Below, piece by piece: positions 1 to 26,198 of a stretch of 64,000 bases of DNA. Source of the DNA: Chrysomallon squamiferum. Taxonomy: Eukaryota; Animalia; Mollusca. The notes beneath the pieces were generated by a model. That model did not search any database. It was not told the origin of the DNA and was given only the letters and a program-made list of their open reading frames with translations. The stretch spans positions 10,850,001 through 10,914,000 of the forward strand of contig CM022673.1 in assembly GCA_012295275.1 (NCBI GenBank), written 5' to 3'. A program made the translations under genes and the position numbers. Numbering within the stretch: position 1 is the stretch's first letter; every line of letters starts with the position of its first letter.

Positions 1-4976
<4,976 letters not shown>

Positions 4977-7397
4977 CGCATGACTTGTCGTATGTGTGAA
5001 CTAATTTACATACAGACACACAGACAAACACACAGAATTCTTCATATACAGACAAACGCATAGACACATGTTTAGACATATATATATGAACATGCATCCA
5101 TACGTACATGTACACAACATACACATACATGCAGCTACACAAAGAAGCATACATACTGAAATATACAATCAAGCATTTCGGTTTAATTGTTATTCATACT
5201 ACACTGGTTGTTATTAATTTTCATATTTCATTATACATCAAAAATCATTTTGTTGTCAAATGTACCGTCATATAAATGTCATTGTGTGACAACCAAACTG
5301 TCCATACATCCGTCATTCTGCAGCCACTGTTGCATCATCAGAATCTACAGTTTTGAAATTCGCTTGTTCTTTCGCATGTATGTTATTTATATTTTTAATA
5401 TTTTTTTATTTTTTTTTTTTTTTTTTTTTATAGATTTTAATTCTTCATATATCTAGTGCTAAAAATTATTAGAATTGTAAATGTCATGTTAACTGTTCCG
5501 CCGTATTGTGCCAAATAAGTTTCAAAATCGGAAAAATTAACTCGCTAATTTTATTATAAAGAATGACACGTAATATCTCGTACCTGAAGAATAATTTATA
5601 TCAAGAGGATTCTCTAAAATACTGATTCTTTAGAATTGTGTACATCTGAAAATTTAAATAAAATTACATGCCAGATATTCTGAAGAATATGTTAACATGA
5701 TTCAACAGAATATTTCTGTATAGATAATGGTTTATGTGAGATTATTCTTCATAGTATTTTATACAACGACCATTCTACACAATGCTTTATACCAAGAAGA
5801 TTCGAAAAAATAATTAAGATAATTCTACACAATAATTCATATTTTTTTCCAGTATAATTGTACCTAATACTGACACCTGAAAATTCTACATCTGGAAATT
5901 CTATTTAATGTTTTGTATAAAAATGATTCTTTAAGATTCTTTATACAAGAATATTCTAAAAAATAAACCTACAGAATAATTATAAAAATGCAAGGAAGGT
6001 TCTGTCTTGTACTGACATAATTAATTCTATAAAATACGTTTTATCTGGAAATGCTAAAGAATGGATTTTTTTTCCTGTGATGATTCTATAGAATGCTTTA
6101 TACAAAGAGAATTCTATAAAATGGCAAACTCGACACAAAAACAATCAATTAGATTACTATTCAAACAGGATTTTACCAAAACAGTATTATTAAATATTAC
6201 CATTTATTTATTTCAGCTGAATATGTGTCTTATATTTTATTGTGAACATTTACTGGTTTTCTTCAAGTCTTTTATTTTTGATCTTCTTTCCTGTTACGTT
6301 AATCTTTATATTTTGTTCTAGTTTAAACAACTGTGAATGTCATTCAAATTATTCTATTTATTAAATTTATTAACTGTATCTGAAGTCGCTAAGTTATTCT
6401 TCATTGAAAAAAAATAAAGTTCATACAAATTCATCCATTGGATTTTAGCTTGTTAATTGTTTTCAGAAACTATTTGGATTAGCGGATAAAAATAACTGAG
6501 TTTAAAATTTCAGATAAACATTCGGTGTATGTATTTATTTACTTATGTGTCTACGCAGGTCTGTAAATAATGTGTACAGATATGTACGTATGTATATACA
6601 TATACGCATTTGTGCTGTAATAATAATAATAAGAAGAAGAACGGTACTGAGGAGGAGAGTTCTCTGTTTCCAGTAAACACCGTTTATGTCTTAGGTCCAT
6701 GTCCTAGGAATCAGCACTAAAGGGAGATAACTACACCTATACCAGTCGACGACGTCAGTAATAACAACAACAACAACAACAACAACAATAATGCTATCGT
6801 CATCATCAGGATCATCAGGAAGCTCAGGTTAATTATTTAATTAATAATTTGACAATCGGTTTAATAAAAAAAAAAAAAAAAAAAAGCCAGTCAAATAAAT
6901 CTGGTGTAATAATATTTTATTTAAATATGGCACGGAATTCTGAATAACAATGAACTCTGTATATCTTATACATGATATGATTGTACTCAATAGATAACTT
7001 GTTCCATTACAAAATAAATAAACAAAACATGATTTTTCCTGCCGAATTCTACACTTTATTTGTATACGAACACAATAAAGGTTTGTAACTGAAACGTACA
7101 TTTCTGCAAACATCAAAATAAAATAAATCAAAATATATTTGAAAAAGCTTAGATATACCCAAAAGTAAAACGAAACAATAAAAAAAACTAACAAACTAGC
7201 AACCATAACGAACAAGATTTCAAAAACTTAAATATTATATAATAAATAAATAAATAATATAATATAATATAATAAAACATTATATATATGAATAAAAACT
7301 AACAAACCACTCCACAAAAAGAACAATATTAAAAAATATAAATATATTAACAGTTTTCCGTATATATAAATAAGTTTTAATTGAATTTTAAAATAAA

Positions 7398-7431
<34 letters not shown>

Positions 7432-7557
7432 GAAACGGTAACCAAACAAAAAATAAATTTAAATTAAAGAAAAAACAGAAAACAAAATCAAAATCGAAAC
7501 AGATCCAAAATATCAAATAAAAAGTCAAACGAAACAAAATTAAATAATAATAGTTAC

Positions 7558-7559
<2 letters not shown>

Positions 7560-7638
<79 letters not shown>

Positions 7639-8070
7639 AAGAAGAAGAAGAAGAAGACGAAGAAGAGGAAGAAAAAGAAGAAGAAAGAAATATATATATA
7701 TACATAAATATATATTTAAAGAAAGCAATAAATTGAAAGCAATAAATAGTAGCAGTAGTAATGATGATCATAATATCAATAATAGTTATAAAAATAATAA
7801 TAACAATAACAATAATAGTAATAATAAAAATTATAATGAATTTAATATTTATGTTATTGTTATTACCATTAATTTAATTACTTCAGTGAACATTTTACAT
7901 AATTCATTCATTTACTAATTTATTTAGAAATCTGTAACAGTAAATAAAAACACACCTGGGTTGACAGTAGATTACACTCCTAGGTGCTGCCCTCTACCGG
8001 TGTTCTGTCTGTGAAGTACTGCAGCGAGAATCGAACCGTAGGCGTACAAACCCGTGGATAGGCCAGTCAG
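7560..8070 (-). pseudogene. Mosaic partial duplicate of SUGCT-like intron 11, intron 8 and most of exon 8, directly 3' of the stop codon
   Basis: 7917-8068 matches 10958-11107 (intron 8 start plus exon 8) with a few substitutions. About 7745-7916 is a diverged copy of about 10760-10957. About 7665-7738 matches about 9475-9547. Confidence 0.7.
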
Positions 8071-8093
8071 TGAAATAATCCTGAACACGTAAA

Positions 8094-15329
<7,236 letters not shown>

Positions 15330-15569
15330 CTTTGCACACGCATCTGTTTTTAGCGAACTTTGTGTTATGGTCCAGCGGTTAGCTTGGTAGCTATTTATAA
15401 TCTCACAAACAGCTAACGGACAAACAAACGTATATGGATTAATTTTATGGATGTTTCTTGCAGTTTAGACTGCTGATGTCACACACTACAATGAAAAATA
15501 AATGTGTATGAAGTGGTGTGGATGACTTAAATGTTTTGAAAGAATCCTTTTCTACTTTATTCTTTATTA

Positions 15570-15644
<75 letters not shown>

Positions 15645-16296
15645 AATAATAAACAATAAATTAAATGCAGGTCTATTTTTATGTAACTACGGCTTATATG
15701 GTGAAAAACAAATATATATTTTAAAATGACAAATAAATGAAATTAAAAATAATATATTTAAAATTATTTTTATTACGTTTGACTTGTGAATTCATTTATT
15801 TATTTATTTATTTATTTTAGTGTACCTTATATTACAGTATTACTTTTTTTATTTTTTTATTTAATGACTGAATGGATATTTAACAAAGGACACTACAACA
15901 CTTTCTAAGCAATAATCACAGCAAAGGTCATACCATTAGGTACAAAAAGGACATTACTGACAATACTCGTTTATTATCGTTATTTTATTTTTACTGTTTT
16001 TAATTCATCAGTCTCGTCCTCAGCGTGAAAGAGAAAATATCCACAACAGCTCACCGCAGGGAATTGAACTCTCGACCACTGGGCGTTCTCGTGGTCACCG
16101 CTGATACAACAGCATTGTTAACTGACGACTCGATACCAGTAGAGTGTTAACTGTTTTTGTCGTTGTTACGCCTCGCGATTTGTAGCTAATATATCATTCA
16201 TGTTCCCCATCTGCTGTGCAGGAGGCACTGATTGGACGGTTTGACCGAGTAATTATGTTAGCTGTTTAGCGGTTTGGTGAAAGACTATCTGTCCCG

Positions 16297-16452
16297 GATT
16301 TAGATCTGTATTATGATAAAGGGGAGGAAGATATTGTTCGTGCAAGCAGATTTAGATCTATTTTTTGATAAAAGGGGAGGAAAATATTGTTCGTGCAGGC
16401 AGATTTAGATCTATTTTATGATATATGGGGAGGAAGATATTGTTTGTGCAAG
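16297..16452. repeat. 52-53-bp tandem repeat, 3 copies
   Basis: GATTTAGATCT..TGATAAAGGGGAGGAAGATATTGTTCGTGCAAGCA starts at 16297, 16349 and 16402. Confidence 0.9.
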
Positions 16453-16699
16453 TTTGTGCATGTGTACAATTTTAATTTGTTTTTTTATATTCTTTTTTTT
16501 CTTTTTTTTTTTCTTGATCATACAAAGAAAGGAGAACAAAAATATCGTAGTAACGTCCATTCTTAACACATGGCAACAAATGAGAAACTCTGATCAAATA
16601 TCAAATGACGTCAGTTAAACTGAAAACACAACTGTAGCCTGATTGACATGCTACCACTTGGATAATAATGTGGATAAAACATCATATTGAAAGAACTGT

Positions 16700-17025
16700 A
16701 TAGAGATAAACTTGGCTAATTATAAAATGCTTAAAGATGAATTTAAATTAGAACAGTATATGTTAAAGCTGCCAACAAAAGCATGTTGGAACATCACGTG
16801 ATGTGAAGCTTCCTGTGGAAACTGGTAGATGTTTCTATATTGAAAGAGAAGACAGAATACGACATTTATGTAATTTTGATATTTTTGATGAGTTCCACTA
16901 TATTTTTAACTGTATATCTTTATCTTTTCAGAGAAATAATTATATACCACATTATTAAACACTTAGACCAAATGCAATAACTTTTCAGCATGTATTTTCT
17001 ACAAAAAAAAAAAAAAAAAAAAATT
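16700..17025 (+). mobile_element. Decayed 3' fragment of a non-LTR retrotransposon (LINE) ORF2
   Basis: Broken frames read NYKMLKDEFKLEQYMLKLP and KLPVETGRCFYIEREDRIRHLCNFDIFDEFHYIFNC..RNNYIPHY*TLRPNAITF. This resembles the LPxETGR..C..DEFH..C zinc-knuckle C-terminus of LINE ORF2. An A-rich tract follows. Confidence 0.75.
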
Positions 17026-17809
17026 AATAAAACAAAAATAAACCAAAACAAATTAAAAATTAAATTTTTTTTTTTTAAAAGATTGAAAAAAAAATTAAAA
17101 ATTAAAAAGATAAAAAAAAATTCACGAAAAAAAAAAAATAATAATCTAAAAATCACTTTTGAATAAAATTTCCCGATTTTTACAAACAGTCATTGAGAGA
17201 CTCAGTTTTCTGGGTAAAACTGTCATTAATATTTTCTGTACCACAACAGAAAATACAGTTTACATTACCTTATGTTCTCAGTACTGCAACCTGTGCACTT
17301 TTTAGAGAAATAAACAATTGCTTTGACTTGTCCTGGTATCGGTAATCGATTCTAGTATCAAATTTATAATCGTTTATTCATTGTATTTAACCTCGAAGAA
17401 GGAATACAGGTTAACGGTTAAGCACTTAACTTTGGCGTGTCAGCTCAATGTATCAGTTCTTACCTGAGCGCAAACAGGCACCAACAACCATTCCATATCT
17501 GGTATAATATATAATACATTTATATTTTTTCATGTATCTGGGATAGCGCATATGCAAGAAACTAATATATAAACGTTAAGAACGGATTTTTTTTTTTTAT
17601 ATAGTCTTCATCGTGATAAAATATAAGCAATAGATAAAAAATATACTCTTCAAAACTTATCATTTAAAATACAAACACTGACGTTCATACACACATATCT
17701 ACATTTATACATACATACATATCTAGATACATACATACATACATACATACACACACCTACACACTTACATTTATACCTACATACATACACACACAAACAC
17801 ACACCCACT

Positions 17810-17877
<68 letters not shown>

Positions 17878-18959
17878 AGACACACGAATCCGCACATCTG
17901 CCAGTAAGTATTTTATAATGGGTGAAAAATAAAACGATGGTCAAGAGCAGGGATTTTCCAAATCGCCTTGGATATTTACGAACAGGAATAGAATGAATGA
18001 ATGGTTATAATTAACTTGTTTAGATTCCAATGTAAATAAAAATGTATATATACGCGTGAATACAACCTTAAACAATATTTACTAATAACTTTATAAATCT
18101 ATCTGCGACAACTATTGTAGATAAAGACTGCATGTCTAATTTTCATTGTTGTATATGTAAAATAAAAAAAATAAAAATTTCAAACGTTTATAACGTAGAA
18201 AAAAATAATTTATTCATCTTAAAACACAAGTACATAACAATCATGTTCAGTCAGTTAATAGTCGCATTGTTTACCGTCGCAAGATAGCTGAACCAAAACG
18301 AATCACTAATGCTTACAAACAAACAGAAGTAATGTACTGGTTGTTATTGTGGATGTGGGTAATTTGTTTTATCAGCGAATTGTACAAGAATGCTTGTTAT
18401 GGTCAAACATCTTCATGTCAGACATTGTCAAAATTACTAGAACTCTTTTTAATAAACATGTCAAACAATCATACTTTGAAATGTGTGTTAACGTCTAAGC
18501 TGGAGGTTATACTGTCGGAAGTCGACAGACAGGTTATGTATGTTTGTTTGTCTGTCTTTTCGTCTGTTTAATACGACAATTTCATCGGTTGTAGTTATTG
18601 TAATTTGAGCAGGAGAATTTTTTTTTTTTTTTTTATAATTTGGCTGCCTATTATTTGTATTTCTTTCTTTATCTATTATTGTTGTTGTTGTTGTTCTCGT
18701 TATGTTGTTGTTGCTGCTGCTGTTGGCGGTAATAACGATGGCGTTGTTACTGTGGTCGTTATTGGTTTTTTTTTTTTTTTATTACTATCATAAATTATAT
18801 AACCTGCCAACAGCAATTAAACTACAGTAAATTTGGTAGAAAATGTAAAAACAAAACATGTTACAGTTTGTGAATAGGTAAACAGCATTTCAATGTAAAT
18901 TTCGAAAATGCTGGGACAAAACGTGAATATCTATGTAGTGAACCGGCTGTGTTTTTGTA

Positions 18960-19058
18960 TCATTCTCTCACCATCGCCTGCCCTCCTGAACTTTGCAGCT
19001 CCTGCAAAATAAATTTTATATGTATCAGTGCCATACCATATATATATATTTACATGCA

Positions 19059-19150
<92 letters not shown>

Positions 19151-19258
19151 TATACTTTATACCTAATTTGTTTCATAAATATTAACTGGGATTTAAATTA
19201 AAAATATTTATTGTTTTTTCTATTCGCTGATTTCTTGTGTTTTATCTTTCTTTTTTCT

Positions 19259-19324
<66 letters not shown>

Positions 19325-19422
19325 AAAGACTGATTTTATTTTGCATTAGTCTTGGCCTTAAATGATGCTTATTTTAAATGAAATAATTCTTACTTTATTT
19401 TATTTTAAATAAAAACAATATA

Positions 19423-19453
<31 letters not shown>

Positions 19454-20271
19454 AGATATATATTTAAAAGCCTTTTGTTGTAAATGTGCTTGGCGTTCCG
19501 TTAATGGCCGTTTAATCCCAGACATACGCAGTCACAGGCGGTTAGCTCTACACCTGTTATTATCTGTAGCGATAAACAGCGCCTGTATTCTAATTACACA
19601 CACGATGTAGAAAATTATTTAATGATATGCTCGACTTATCGATTTGGCCTAATCCTAACCCGTTACCATGGGGATGGTGTTAAGAACCTCCAGGTTGAAA
19701 TGCGATCCGGAATTATTGGCGGGCTTTGATGATCGTAATTATAACATGCTGTTGTCGTGGCAACGCCAGTGTCGTCGTCTGCATTGCTAAATTTCACTTG
19801 CTCGAGTAGGTAGCCTTGAACACGGAATGTTAATAACGTAAAGCTTATGTAGGCCAACAGTATGTTATAAGAATAACAAGACGTGTCGTCTAGACCGAAT
19901 TTTGAGAAATGAACTGGTTACCGCTTTTATATTTCGCTTCAACGTACCTGTGCTTCCTGTACCAGAGAGCAGAACGGGCAGAACCAGTGGAGCAGACAAT
20001 CCTTCAAAAATGAACCCTGTGAAAAAAAGAAAAGAAAATAAGAATATACACACACACATACACACACATTATATGTTTATTTTCATTTCTTAATTTTGCT
20101 AAATTCATACACAAACATGTATTAAAAATCGAACTTTATAACAATGAAAAACTTAACTATTCAAAAATCATACACACACACACACACATACACACAGAAA
20201 TATGTATATATATCTGTGTGTGTGTATATATATATATATATATAAATTTTTAAATATATATATATATATAT

Positions 20272-20311
<40 letters not shown>

Positions 20312-20949
20312 AGATATATAGATAGATTAAATTTTAAGTTAGTTTCTTTTTTATAAAGTCCAGTTTTATTTCACAAATCATTTGGTCATTGATCTAAAAG
20401 GCATGCATATTATCACAATATTTTATAATGTCAGGGTTAAATTGTTAATTTCAAATGTTTTTTAACCCACAGGGCGAACGAGATAATTAAAAAATATGTC
20501 AGATACTTTTATTTAAGCATCCAATGATCACTTGGATTTTCTTTTAGATAAGCGATGAATTTAATGGATAAATATTAATTTAAAAAAATATATTGAAATA
20601 TCGATTAACAACCATTCTTTTATTTTTAATTTTTTTTTTTTTTTTTTAATTTTAATATTTTTTTATTACAGTTTTTGTTTCATTCATTCATTCTTCCCTA
20701 TCTTTCTTTTTTCATTCATCAGACTGAATTGCTTACCTCGATGCCTTTCTGTTCTCTCACTTTCCCTCTGATCAAGGCTGTCGACCACACTCCTACCGGT
20801 CCCAACGTCGACAGACATCCACGGAGACAGCAGCTTTCGCCGACGGCTTCGGCATTTTTGCCTGCAGTGTAACACGGCGCTATGTAGGTGATTAGACACA
20901 GCCCGAAGTTCCCGAAACACGAAAATAATCCATTTTGCCACTCGCCCAT
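18960..20949 (-). CDS. PLAC8/cornifelin-family Cys-rich protein, paralog 1 (107 aa)
   Basis: Exons 20949-20737, 20016-19948, 19001-18960 give MGEWQNGLFSCFGNFGLCLITYIAPCYTAGKNAEAVGESCCLRGCLSTLGPVGVWSTALIRGKVREQKGIE/GSFLKDCLLHWFCPFCSLVQEAQ/ELQSSGGQAMVRE*. The WxxGLFxCF and IxGSxxxDCxxHxFCxxCxxxQE motifs are typical of the family. Confidence 0.92.
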
Positions 20950-21592
20950 TTTCAGTTGAGTTAAATTTTTAAAATGTGTGCAGTGGTGGGAGAGGCGCCC
21001 TTTAAAGGTTTATTCTTGCAGTGAATGTTAAAATTCTCTCAGTGATACAAGTCCAGGTTTTTCTCTCTCTCTCTCTTTTTGTTTCTTGTTGCCAAGGGTA
21101 ACCTAAGATTATAGCTTTAATTAGCATGTTTTTTTTTTTCTCTCTCTTCAACTTGTGTTGCATATTGCAGACTACCTCATTAAGCTTAAATAATCGGATT
21201 TCAGGCGTGGTTAATCCGAAGTTCATAGTTTATGTCAGATTATTAGCAATAAGCTTTTCAGATCGGTAAGACTATATAACTGTAAGTGTTAATAAAAGTG
21301 TTACATCCTTCTACCATGGACGCCACTGATTATGACGTCATATCGTGTATGCACGACCTAATTAATGTGCTTGCACCACTGGGTTAAATAGACACATTAA
21401 TTACAGAATATTCATATTAACACCCCAATTCCCAAAGAACGTACTCTAAATCATAATTATAATTAATTTCATTGAAAACGTTAATTACTTAACTAGTTTA
21501 ATATGACCGAAATGACACGTGTCCATGACAAACGTGCATGAACTCTTCTTTAACAATAAAGAACAAATATGGAAAGTAATTTAAATTTCAAA

Positions 21593-21626
<34 letters not shown>

Positions 21627-22149
21627 TCAGTAAAAGATAATTAACGTAATGAATATTTAAAAATGGCTTTGTCAGTGCTTTGTCTAGCTTGTTTAATCTT
21701 ATATTATTTAACTTAAATACACACATTCTTCCCAGATAACAGTCTGTTCAGACTGATCCAGAATCATTTAATGTTCGAAAATATTTAAAAAAAAAAAAAA
21801 AAAAATTATTCTTGGAATCTTGAAAAATCCGCATACAACGCATGTAAAATAGTGGGAAAAAAAGAAACAAACAAAAAAAAAACAAACAAAAAAAAAACAA
21901 CAACAAAAACACTAAGATACTGTAAACATTAAAAGTTAAAATTATTTCAAAAAAATTTGCAAAAAGAGTCCATATAACGTTCATTTCAGTAATAATGCAA
22001 TATTTTGAAAAACATAAACGGATAATTTTATTCATGAAAGATGTCATAAAGTTGTAAAGTTTTAAAATCTTTAACACAATACATTTTACTTGTTTAATAA
22101 TAATATTACTAATTATATTTAAATATTTAATAAACGGTATAGGTTTGTC

Positions 22150-22770
22150 ATGTGTAGTGTGATACTGTATACTGTTTAGTGCGATGAATGATATATAGTA
22201 TGATGTTTAGTGTGATTTTGTGTAATGTATGATGTATGATGTTGTATGATGTAGACAGTGATGTTTTATGATGTATAGTGTGATAATCTATAATGTGTAG
22301 TGTGATGTTATATGTTGTTTAATGTGGTGGTGTATGAGTTTGTATGATGTACAGTGTGATGTTGCATGATATTGTATGATGTATAATGTGATGGTATATG
22401 ATGTGTAGTATGATGTTTTATAATGTGTTGAGTGATGCTTTATGTGTAGTATGATGCTGTATGTCGTATAGTATGGATTTTGTATGTGTAGTGTTATATT
22501 GGATAATGTGTAGTGTGATGTTGTATAATGTACAGTGTGATGTTGTATAATGTATAGTGTGATGTTGTATAATGTACAGTGTGATGTTGTATGATGTATA
22601 GTGTGATGTTTTAGCATATGTAGTGTGATGTTATATAATGTACAGTGTGATGTTGTATGATGTATAGTGTGATGTTTCATCATATGTAGTGTTATGTTGT
22701 ATGATATGTAGTTTGATGCTGTATAATGTGTAGCTGATGTATTGTGTAGTGTGATGTTTTAGTGTATACA
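22150..22770. repeat. 22-bp minisatellite (GTGTGATGTTGTATAATGTACA)
   Basis: Period 22 is visible at 22513, 22535 and 22557; edges are degenerate. Confidence 0.9.
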
Positions 22771-22774
22771 GTCG

Positions 22775-23390
22775 TGCAGTATGATATATGATATGGTATT
22801 ATGCAGTGTAACTGTTGTGCAATATGATACATGATATGGTATTATGTAGTGTAACTGTTGTGCAATATGATATATGATATGGTATTATGTAGTGTAACTG
22901 TTGTGCAATATGATATATGATATGGTATTATGCAGTGTAACTGTTGTGCAGTTTATATATACAGGGTGTCCCAGAAGTCACGCACCATGAAGATTTTTAT
23001 TTAGATACATATGAATAACATTTTTATTAATAATAATCATAACAAATGCTCAAATTGCTTGCCCTCTGCATTGATACATACTTCAGTTCTCTTTATAAAA
23101 CTGTTTTTTACTCTGTAATATAAAAAAAAATATATATATATACATGTATATGGTGCGCGACTTCTGGGACACCCTGTATGATATGGTATTATGTAGTGTA
23201 ACTGTTGTGCAATTTATATATATGATATGGTATTATGTAGTGTAACTGTTGTGCAGTATGATATATGATATGTTATTATGTAGTGTAACTGTTGTGCAGT
23301 ATGATGTATGATATGGTATTATGTAGTGTAACTGTTGTGCAATATGATGTATGATATGGTATTATGCAGTGTAACAGTATTGTGTAGTGT
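22775..23390. repeat. 43-bp minisatellite (GATATGGTATTATGTAGTGTAACTGTTGTGCAATATGATATAT) interrupted by a transposon
   Basis: Period 43 (22790, 22833); the array resumes after 23178. Confidence 0.9.
22962..23176 (-). mobile_element. Internally deleted Tc1/mariner-superfamily element (MITE-like, 215 bp)
   Basis: 27-bp terminal inverted repeats CAGGGTGTCCCAGAAGTC(A/G)CGCACCAT with 1 mismatch, and TA on both sides. The minus-strand interior encodes NSFIKRTEVCINAEGKQFEHLL*, a transposase-like C-terminus. Confidence 0.9.
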
Positions 23391-24004
23391 GATGTTTCAT
23401 GGTATGCTCTTGAATATAGTGTACAAATGAAGTTGCAGCGTTGCATAGTATTACGTTTGTTACTGTATTATATAATCAGAGGGACGGACACAGAGAGAGA
23501 GAGACGGAATCAGAGAGAATCATCAAAGACAAGTTGAGAGAAAAATCAAGAGTTAAAAGGTTAAGGGTTATGTTCGGAGTTGAAAATAAAGTAACTCAGT
23601 TTGAAATTCTATCCAGTCATGGACATTTCTAGGATATTACAGTCTGGTAAATATTCGCTTAATGTGTTATTTACATAAACGTATACATTTCCCCGGCAGG
23701 TAGTAAGCCAAACAATTTACTACAGTTTAACGGGTCTTTCAGAGAATCAGAATTTATTTTGTTTATTCTTTGTTACCATTAGGCTAATAGGACCTCTACA
23801 GATTCACGAAAGTGAAACCTCCGTCATGTCTAAACCTGAAAAGAAAAAATGTGGGTTAACCACATTCACAGGACTAGAGATGGCTGGATCGGGAAATATA
23901 TTACAACGCTTAAGTATGAAAATAAAATTTTGTACGGAAAACTCATACCATGTTCTATGAAAGACCCTGCAGAAGAGATTTCAAACACTATTCCAGTTAA
24001 TAAT

Positions 24005-24049
<45 letters not shown>

Positions 24050-26081
24050 CAGGCCCTGATTTGGAACTGGAAATACTCCTGCAGTATAAAAGCGAGAAGA
24101 CATCATCGGGGATTCAACGAATTAATAATTGACTATTTCCTGTGACGCTGTCTGCGTTATCCAGTAACGACGAAATAACGTCGTTTGTTTTCTTGTGTAA
24201 CAAACTTTGACAGAAACGGAAGGAAAACAGAAAAACAAAAATTTTTTTTTTTTTTTTTTTTTTTTAAATTCCACCTTCAAAAACTGTTTCTGGTTTCTGG
24301 GTATTCCATTGCCATATCATGAATAATAATAATTTTCGAATTTAATATGTCCACAAACATTTGTTTGCAAACAAAACCAAACACATTGTTTGCACGTTTT
24401 TTTTGTAAGCATTTGTTAGCATTCTTTTAAAACAAAGCAGAATCAGGAATTACCTAACAAGTTATGATCATGTTGATGTCGCTGATGATGAAATAAAATA
24501 TAAAGATGACGAAGACGTTGATGATAATGATGGTGAAGATTATGATGATGACGTTGATGATGATGATAATATAAACAGTCTACATTTAAATAAATCAAAA
24601 CAAAGGCACTGATCAAGAAAATATATGTTAATTTTATTCGCACATTCACAATTTAAATCAAAACATGCAAATAAATACAAAAATACACGCTTATAAATGT
24701 ACTTTAAAAATAAAATTAATATGAAACTTTTATTATATCTTTGGGTTGTTAAAAAAATGTACATTCAGTCAATGAATAAAAAATCAACAAACAAAACAAA
24801 TGTTATCGTATTTTAAATCTACATTTTGAGAATAATTACTGCATATTTTCACCAATACTAGTAATCTGTATACCAATAAAATAGTTATTTTCCTAAATGA
24901 TGTTTTAAAAGAACATTCTTCTTTTCGATAGATCAAAAATATGCAATATTTAAGTTTTCGAATTAAATTAAATTGTTTTGTTTTTTTACATTCATTCGCA
25001 AAAGGAAACTGTCCTACAATACTGTTCTAAACATATCAAATTATATTTCTTCTAACAGTTACATTACTTATTACTAAACTATCATGTTTTATCATTCTGT
25101 GCTAAAATGATTAAAACTACATTATACTGCCGTATATTGTAATACGAATTATCATAATTATTCATAATCTCTTTATTAAAAATGAATAAAATAAAATTTA
25201 TTAGTTTTCAATCAAACAGGATCGAATTTAGTTTTTAAGCCTTTTAAAATAGTATTGCATTTTAATTAAAATAGGTATATTATTATTATTATTATTTATT
25301 ATTATTATTATTATTATTTTTATTCCCGACCCTTAGAGCTCCAAGATACTTATACCTTTGACTGCCCTAATAATATGATATAATTTACATATATATATTA
25401 ACAGACAAAACCTATATATATTATTATTACAGAACAAAGTGGTTGTGTAGAAAATAGTACCAAGAAAAGATAAATCAGTATCTAAATCTATATTTTTTAT
25501 ATATAAATATAAGTTATGTAAAGCTTATGGAGTAGTTATAATCTGCATGCAATGTGTAGTACGTGTTAAAATGTTTTGAAAAATAAATAAATAAATAAAA
25601 AATAAAAAATACATATGGTAAACGATGACGTCGACATATACGTCTTAGGAGATAACAAAGTGTTTTACAAACTAAGATTAATATACCGTAAATCCTTCAG
25701 TGACAGACTCAAGAGTGCTAATACATTTTTAACATGGATGGATGCAGCTTTCGACAGATATCTCTACGTCTTCTAACAAAATATGCTAGGAGTTAAAAAG
25801 ATGTATATGAAAAATATATATATTGAAAAATGGGTTTAAATTTAATTCAAGCATACTTGTGTTCTGTCCTGCTATAAATATGTGTTCTATTCTAATAAAG
25901 ACTGATTAACTAAAGTACAAACCGGGTTTAATAATAATTCTGCCTTTTTCTGAGGATTTACGGTACTCAAGGACCTTAATTTATTGTTGTACTTTATTAT
26001 TTCATTATTTTTTCCAAAAATTAGAGTTCCAACACTGACTGATATCAGTTACGAACGAAACAGTTTTTGTTTGTTTGTTCC

Positions 26082-26119
<38 letters not shown>

Positions 26120-26198
26120 TAATTTAAAAAATCCATTTGTTGCTATTTCATCGTCAGCAGTGAAATGACCCAAAGTAAGTAGGTCAAAGGTCACTCTT

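Noticed and set aside
5580-6130. Recurrent ATTCT(A) words in the integrin 3' region
   Set aside because: Probably an old decayed minisatellite; no unit could be defined.
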